Shown here: one piece after another, positions 38,546-43,864 of the stretch | Layout: every line of letters starts with the position of its first letter | How positions within the stretch are numbered: position 1 is the first letter of the stretch | Assembly (NCBI GenBank): GCA_039630255.1 | Contig: JBCNVJ010000213.1 | Location: forward strand, 1-43,864 | DNA: 43,864 bases | Direction of reading: 5' to 3' | Source of the DNA: Fervidobacterium sp. | GTDB lineage: Bacteria > Thermotogota > Thermotogae > Thermotogales > Fervidobacteriaceae | Made by a program: the position numbers and the translations under genes | The notes under the pieces: model-generated | Databases searched by the model: none | Seen by the model: only the letters and a program-made list of their open reading frames with translations | What the model was told of the DNA's origin: nothing

Positions 38546-38742
38546 ACAACACCTCCAATTAAAATTTTTCATTTTCATATATTCAATTTTTATTCTATCA
38601 CAAAGCAAAGAAACGAACTTTCTCATTCTATAAATTTTACAATTTATTATTAAATGAGCAAAAATTTTAACTAAAACTTAAGTATAAAACTCTTAAAAAT
38701 AATTTTTAAGAATGTTAAAAATCAAAAAGGAAGGAGATTAAC

Positions 38743-41700
38743 ATGACAGAACTAAACATCTCTGTTGCATATATTTTCCTACTTCTTTACAATTCAATAA
38801 TAGCATATCAAACTCTAACAGTATTTGCAAGATACAAAAATAAAGATATAGGTAAGAGCGGCATTATAATTTGCCTAGTCATAGCATTATACTCCTTTGG
38901 ATATGCCATGGAGTTACTTTCCATAATGAGCAACAATAAGTCAAGTGCCTTTCTTTGGTACAAAATACAGTATTTTGCCATTCCTTTTATTTCTTTATCT
39001 TGGTACTTGTTTGCCAATGCCTTCGCTGAAAAAAAGATTGGGAAAAAGACGATAGTCTTTCTATTAATAATTCCATTGTTATCGGTAATTGCTGTCTGGA
39101 CGAACGACGTTCATAACCTTTATCTTAAAGGATACCTCCAAGGGAACCTTTATATTCAAAGGGGACCGCTGTATTATGTGTTAACTATATATAACTACAT
39201 GCTTGCAATAATTGGTTATGTAAGATTATTTTTGGCTGCAAAAAGATTAGCACTGTCAATTCGTAAAGTTACTGCGTTCAATGTTTTAGTTGCTGTTCTC
39301 ATACCACTTTGTACAAATATCATTTATTTGGCATTAAACTTAGATATTGATTTAACTATCTTTGGGCTCATGATAAGTGTGATTATATTACTTTACGAGG
39401 CACAAAAAATTCAGGGATTTGATATAAGAGAGAAAACGAAAGAAATCGTATACAATTCTACCCAAGATTTGATACTTGTGATAAATTATGACGAAATCAT
39501 AATAGAATTTAACAACAATTTTGGAAAAATGGTTTATGAAATGTTTGGAAGAACGAACTTAAAAAATAAGAAGCTATCCGAAACCTTACCTCCAGAAATT
39601 GTGGAAGTTATAAAAAAAGAAAATGGAATTATAGAAAAGGATAACAGATTTTTTCAGGTTAAAGTAAACATGTTGGAGGAAAAAGGTAAGCCCCTGGGAA
39701 AGGTAATATTTTTCCACGAAATAACTGATCTCAAAAGACTTGAAAATGAAAAGTTATTTGAAAATGAGAGATATAGAAGATTATTTGAATTTGCCCCAGT
39801 TGGAATACTTATAGAAGACGAAAATGGTTTTATTTTAGACGTTAATCCTGAGTTTTGTAAGTTGAGTTCCAGGTGCAAAGAAGAATTGTTAGGAAATCAT
39901 GTGTCTAACTTGGCACCAAAAGAAGATTACGACCTGGTAAGAAAAAACATTGAAAATATAATCTCGGGACGAACGTTAGTTCATACAGTCAAAAGTATTG
40001 GAAAGTTTGGGGAAGAGAAATATTTTGAACTCTACGAGACAAGAATAATTCTTCCAAACTCAAAATATGGAATACTCTCGATACAGAAGGATATCACAAA
40101 ACAAGTTATCACCCAGCAAGTTGTAAAAAATCTCGCAAAGTACCAACAAGTAATACTTGATCTTGCGTTAAATTTTATAAATCTACCTTCAGAAAGGCTC
40201 GATGAAGAAATAAAAAAGGCTATTGACATTGTGGCTAAGGAACTCAAGATAAATAGGATCAGAGTGTACAAATTTTTAAAGGAAGGACAATTTACATCGA
40301 TTGGTAATTGGTTTTATTCTAATTCAAGTACTGAAACACCACTCGTATCCTTCGATAGTTCGATTGTTAAAGGAAAAGAACTCGAAGAACTTTTGCTGGG
40401 AAAACAATTTGTGGTTGTAAAGGGTAAAGTCTCAAACGAGAACATAAACAAATTCTTCGGTGAAAATACAAGTGCACTAATCACTCCTATAAAACTCAAC
40501 AATGAAGTTATAGGTTTTATAAGCGCTGCTTTGCAAAGTGAAAGAGAATGGACCATCCCAGAAAAACGCATTATGTTATTACTTGCAACACTGATAGCCA
40601 ATACGGAAATGAAAAGAACTTATGAACAAGAACTTATAAAAGCAAAGCAGAAAGCTGAACAAGCAAATATTGCAAAAAGTGCTTTCTTGGCAAGCATGAG
40701 TCATGAAATACGTACACCTTTGAATGGAATCATTGGTTTCACCAATTTGCTTAAAGAAACTAATTTAGATGAGAAACAAAGAAAGTACGTTGAAACAATA
40801 ATAAAATCCACAGAAGTATTACTTGGAATAATAAACGATATACTCGACTTGGCAAAGATCGAAAGTGGAAAATTCCAACTTGAACCGATAGAATGTAATT
40901 TAAAAATGGAAATGCAAAGTTCACTCGTATTATATAATGCCAAGGCTAAGGAAAAGAATGTAAATTATGTGGTAGAAATTGATGAAAAGATAAGCGAATG
41001 CCTTGTAGTTGATAGTTTACGAATACAGCAAGTTATGTTTAATTTAATAAACAACGCTATAAAGTTTACACCTGCAGGAGGATTCGTTAAGGTATCTATA
41101 AGAAAAGTCTCAGAAGAAATGTTTTACGAAATAATAAGATTTTCAGTAGAAGATACTGGTATAGGCATTCCACGGGAAAAACTAAGCAAGATTTTCGAAC
41201 CTTTCGAACAAGCTGACATATCAGTAACCCGGAAATACGGTGGAACAGGACTTGGGTTGTCGATAAGTCAGCATATCGTTAATATGATGGGATCGAATAT
41301 AAACGTTGAAAGTGAGGAAGGAAAAGGAAGCACATTCTACTTTGAACTTAAGTTGAAAAAATGCAAAAAGCAAGAATCAAGAGAGTATAAAGAGAAAATT
41401 ATAAGAAAGTACAATGCAAAGGTACTCGTTGTCGAAGATTACGAGATAAACAGACTTCTTATGGCTGAATTATTAAAAAGGTATGACATCGTACCCGACT
41501 TTGCAATCAATGGCTTACAAGGTGTAGAAATGGCTTTAAAAAACGACTATGACTTAATATTTATGGACATCTTAATGCCAGAAATGGATGGTATCGAAGC
41601 CACCAAGAAAATAAGAACAGTAAAGCTGGATGTACCTATTGTTGCACTCACAGCCCATGCCTTGAAAAATGTAAAGGAAGAAGTATTATCAGTTGGAATG

Positions 41701-42204
41701 AATGATTATGTAACAAAACCAGTAAAAATTGAGGAACTTGATAGAATACTTGAAAAATTCTGTGGACATTTAGAAATTCGAAACTCTGAATCAGTGAGAA
41801 AGGAAGAAATTAAAATTAATACATGGCAAGATAATAAGCATTCAGAAATCGGAGAAAAAATTCAAAAAATTAAAGAAGAACAAGGTTTCGATGAAAAATT
41901 TATGTTTGAACTAATCAAAATATTTATCGATTCAACAAAACAAAGTATTGATAACATAAGATCATCACTAAGTAAAAATGATTTTGAAACAGTACAAAGA
42001 GAAGCTCATAGCATAAAAGGAGCTGCAAAGTCACTAAGTTTCGACTATATGGGCGAATTAGCTTATGAATTAGAAAAACACGCGCAATCAAAAGACACAG
42101 GTTTTGATTATGAAAAGTTTCTAAAAGATATCGAAAAAAAACTCCATGAAGTTATTACATACTACAGGGCATCTTATGAACTAAATCTTAACAATGACCA
42201 ATGA
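38743..42204 (+). CDS. Hybrid sensor histidine kinase (HisKA_7TM-like, PAS, GAF-like, HisKA, HATPase, REC, Hpt)
   Basis: Hydrophobic N-terminus; FEFAPVGI PAS; FLASMSHEIRTPLNG; NLINNAIKFT; DTGIG; GGTGLGL; LIFMDILMPEMDG; AHSIKGAA. Confidence 0.93.
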   Translation: MTELNISVAYIFLLLYNSIIAYQTLTVFARYKNKDIGKSGIIICLVIALYSFGYAMELLSIMSNNKSSAFLWYKIQYFAIPFISLSWYLFANAFAEKKIGKKTIVFLLIIPLLSVIAVWTNDVHNLYLKGYLQGNLYIQRGPLYYVLTIYNYMLAIIGYVRLFLAAKRLALSIRKVTAFNVLVAVLIPLCTNIIYLALNLDIDLTIFGLMISVIILLYEAQKIQGFDIREKTKEIVYNSTQDLILVINYDEIIIEFNNNFGKMVYEMFGRTNLKNKKLSETLPPEIVEVIKKENGIIEKDNRFFQVKVNMLEEKGKPLGKVIFFHEITDLKRLENEKLFENERYRRLFEFAPVGILIEDENGFILDVNPEFCKLSSRCKEELLGNHVSNLAPKEDYDLVRKNIENIISGRTLVHTVKSIGKFGEEKYFELYETRIILPNSKYGILSIQKDITKQVITQQVVKNLAKYQQVILDLALNFINLPSERLDEEIKKAIDIVAKELKINRIRVYKFLKEGQFTSIGNWFYSNSSTETPLVSFDSSIVKGKELEELLLGKQFVVVKGKVSNENINKFFGENTSALITPIKLNNEVIGFISAALQSEREWTIPEKRIMLLLATLIANTEMKRTYEQELIKAKQKAEQANIAKSAFLASMSHEIRTPLNGIIGFTNLLKETNLDEKQRKYVETIIKSTEVLLGIINDILDLAKIESGKFQLEPIECNLKMEMQSSLVLYNAKAKEKNVNYVVEIDEKISECLVVDSLRIQQVMFNLINNAIKFTPAGGFVKVSIRKVSEEMFYEIIRFSVEDTGIGIPREKLSKIFEPFEQADISVTRKYGGTGLGLSISQHIVNMMGSNINVESEEGKGSTFYFELKLKKCKKQESREYKEKIIRKYNAKVLVVEDYEINRLLMAELLKRYDIVPDFAINGLQGVEMALKNDYDLIFMDILMPEMDGIEATKKIRTVKLDVPIVALTAHALKNVKEEVLSVGMNDYVTKPVKIEELDRILEKFCGHLEIRNSESVRKEEIKINTWQDNKHSEIGEKIQKIKEEQGFDEKFMFELIKIFIDSTKQSIDNIRSSLSKNDFETVQREAHSIKGAAKSLSFDYMGELAYELEKHAQSKDTGFDYEKFLKDIEKKLHEVITYYRASYELNLNNDQ

Positions 42205-43411
42205 ATTCAATAACATCTTTGTCAAATTGCCTAAGCGAATTTGTGAGTAGTTCTATCCTGGAGATGGTAACCTCAACATCTTGTGCGGCAAAACCATTTC
42301 CACAAGGTATATTTGTGTTGTTAATAGCAAGTTTGGATGACTCAAAAGCCATCTGTGTTCCTATGCTTGCTTTTAAAGCACATCCTCTCTTGGCACCGTC
42401 ACAAGTCATACCAAACAGTGTTGCTAAAACGTTATTTATAGCGTTTTTCATTTGTTCCTTCGTTCCATTCATTAAATATGTTATTGCTGCGCTACTACCT
42501 GCAGATGCAATTGAACCAGCACCACATATAGGCGTTAGCTTTCCAGTGTAAGACTTTATATATATTGTTACAAGTATACTGAGCAAAACAGATTTTATAA
42601 CTTTATCTCGTTCCATACGTTTTTTTATTCCGTAAAGGGCAGGTGGAACAATACATGATATTCCTTGATTACCACTACCAGCCACTGTCATGATCGGAAT
42701 CAATTCACCACTCATTCTTATATCAACACCCGCAGCCACGTAAGAATGTATACCATCCAACAACTTACCAAAATTTCCATCCATCTTCTTTCCCAAACGC
42801 GCAGCTTCAAGGTTATATTTTATAGCACTCTCAACGACTTCAACAACATCTAAGTGAGGATCTTCAATGTATTCAAATATGTCATCTAATTTTATAGATC
42901 TGACAAAATCTTTCTTAAAAGAAACACTTGTCTGTGTGTTATAAACTTCTTTTCCATCAACGACTATCTTGCTTACATTATCGTGTGAATCCGTAACCTC
43001 AACAACCACTTCATTATCACCAATTAGTCTTGCTTTAATGTGAAGAGAATAATTATTTTCGTAATCAACCATTACTTTATCGATAATCTCCTTCGCTTTT
43101 TCGACAGCTTCTAAATCAACGTCTTTAAAAACTTGCAAGCCAAGTTCTGGCCTTCCCACTAAATAAGCAAGGGCAATTGCAAGAGCAAAGCCATGCAAAT
43201 GCGTACCTGGTATACCAACTTCCAGCCCATTTTTGTACGTATTTCTATCCATTGTGACATGTATTTTTTTGAGTTTTCCAACCAAATATTTCTTGCCAAC
43301 TGCTACAGATAAACCGACAGCAACTGGTTCTGTACAACCGTACGACAGCTTAACGTTATCGAAAAACAGCTCTTTTATCAATTCTGTTACATCAGCCTTA
43401 TTCGTATCCAT
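42188..43411 (-). CDS. L-cysteine desulfidase / serine dehydratase alpha-like (YhaM/UPF0597 family)
   Basis: GCTEPVA, AGSGNQG, PICG and GMTCDGAKRGCALK motifs; start ATG 43411 behind GAGGTGG. Confidence 0.85.
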   Translation of the reverse strand: MDTNKADVTELIKELFFDNVKLSYGCTEPVAVGLSVAVGKKYLVGKLKKIHVTMDRNTYKNGLEVGIPGTHLHGFALAIALAYLVGRPELGLQVFKDVDLEAVEKAKEIIDKVMVDYENNYSLHIKARLIGDNEVVVEVTDSHDNVSKIVVDGKEVYNTQTSVSFKKDFVRSIKLDDIFEYIEDPHLDVVEVVESAIKYNLEAARLGKKMDGNFGKLLDGIHSYVAAGVDIRMSGELIPIMTVAGSGNQGISCIVPPALYGIKKRMERDKVIKSVLLSILVTIYIKSYTGKLTPICGAGSIASAGSSAAITYLMNGTKEQMKNAINNVLATLFGMTCDGAKRGCALKASIGTQMAFESSKLAINNTNIPCGNGFAAQDVEVTISRIELLTNSLRQFDKDVIEFIGHC

Positions 43412-43451
43412 AACTATAACCACCTCAATACTTGACATATACTTTATATAA

Positions 43452-43480
43452 ATTATATTTCCTTAGCAGTTATTATTCAA
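43452..43480 (-). promoter_or_regulatory. sigma70 promoter of the cysteine desulfidase gene
   Basis: Minus strand TTGAAT-N17-TATAAT. Confidence 0.65.
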
Positions 43481-43507
43481 ACTCAATAAAAAGTACTTTA
43501 AAATTAT

Positions 43508-43864
43508 TTATTGAAGATCCTGTAAATTTTTCAAAATTTCACACACTTCTTCGCCGCGTCCCATGGTAAAGATATGTACACCAGGCGCACCATATTCAAG
43601 TAACTTTTCTATAAGCTGAATTGTAAAACGAACACCAGTACCAAATTCCTCATTTAAAGTTTGACAATTTTCCATCGATTCAATGAATCTTTGGGGTATG
43701 CTTACGAAGAATTTCTTAGGAACCGAGTATATAGATTTTTTGTTAACAATTGGTTTAACACCTGGTATGATTGGTACATCTATCCCTATTTCTCTGCAAC
43801 TTTTAACAAAAGACTTATAAATATCCGCATCGAAAACCATCTGAGTTATTACAAAGTCTGCTCC
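43508..43864 (-). CDS. metF: Methylenetetrahydrofolate reductase, C-terminal part (5' truncated by the window)
   Basis: GADFVITQMVFD, IDVPIIPG and GAPGVHIFTM motifs. Confidence 0.88.
   Translation of the reverse strand, partial: GADFVITQMVFDADIYKSFVKSCREIGIDVPIIPGVKPIVNKKSIYSVPKKFFVSIPQRFIESMENCQTLNEEFGTGVRFTIQLIEKLLEYGAPGVHIFTMGRGEEVCEILKNLQDLQ

Noticed and set aside
38546-38626. N-terminal extension of oadB copy 2
   Set aside because: RBS GGAGGTG directly precedes ATG 38545
2034-43451. Numerous 60-130 aa antisense or shadow ORFs in the track
   Set aside because: They lie opposite or within well-supported genes, lack RBS and motifs, and have the composition typical of antisense frames
1-43864. 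CRISPR arrays, tRNA/rRNA, IS elements, prophage or defence genes
   Set aside because: No regularly spaced direct repeats, structural RNA signatures, or transposase/integrase motifs seen; intergenic gaps are short

Overview
AT-rich core-chromosome window, most likely from a Thermotogota bacterium (Fervidobacterium-like). This assignment is inferred from the ~50-aa SecA insertion, the giant multi-repeat secretin and the gene content. In order, it holds: a DUF2520/PanG-like oxidoreductase; a Na+-pumping methylmalonyl-CoA decarboxylase cluster (mce, alpha, delta, gamma); secA with two degenerate cNMP-domain genes; oadB-korD-korA; a tandem cNMP/TPR/CRP-like regulator; iadA, kbl and tdh; a heterodimeric BmrCD/TM287-288-type ABC exporter; sufCBDSU-mscL, with sufB frameshifted; a MEMO1-family gene; a type IV pilus/competence cluster (pilC, pilin-like, pilM/N/O/P-like, broken ~1590-aa pilQ); ecfA; an rsmC-like methyltransferase; a GAF-degenerate GGDEF protein; a second oadB with an unannotated 44-aa gamma subunit; a hybrid histidine kinase; a cysteine desulfidase; and partial metF. 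The most notable find is an unannotated ribosome-dependent attenuator upstream of the ABC exporter: promoter, 35-aa leader peptide, and mutually exclusive anti-antiterminator, antiterminator and terminator pairings. No CRISPR arrays, rRNA/tRNA genes or mobile elements were recognised.
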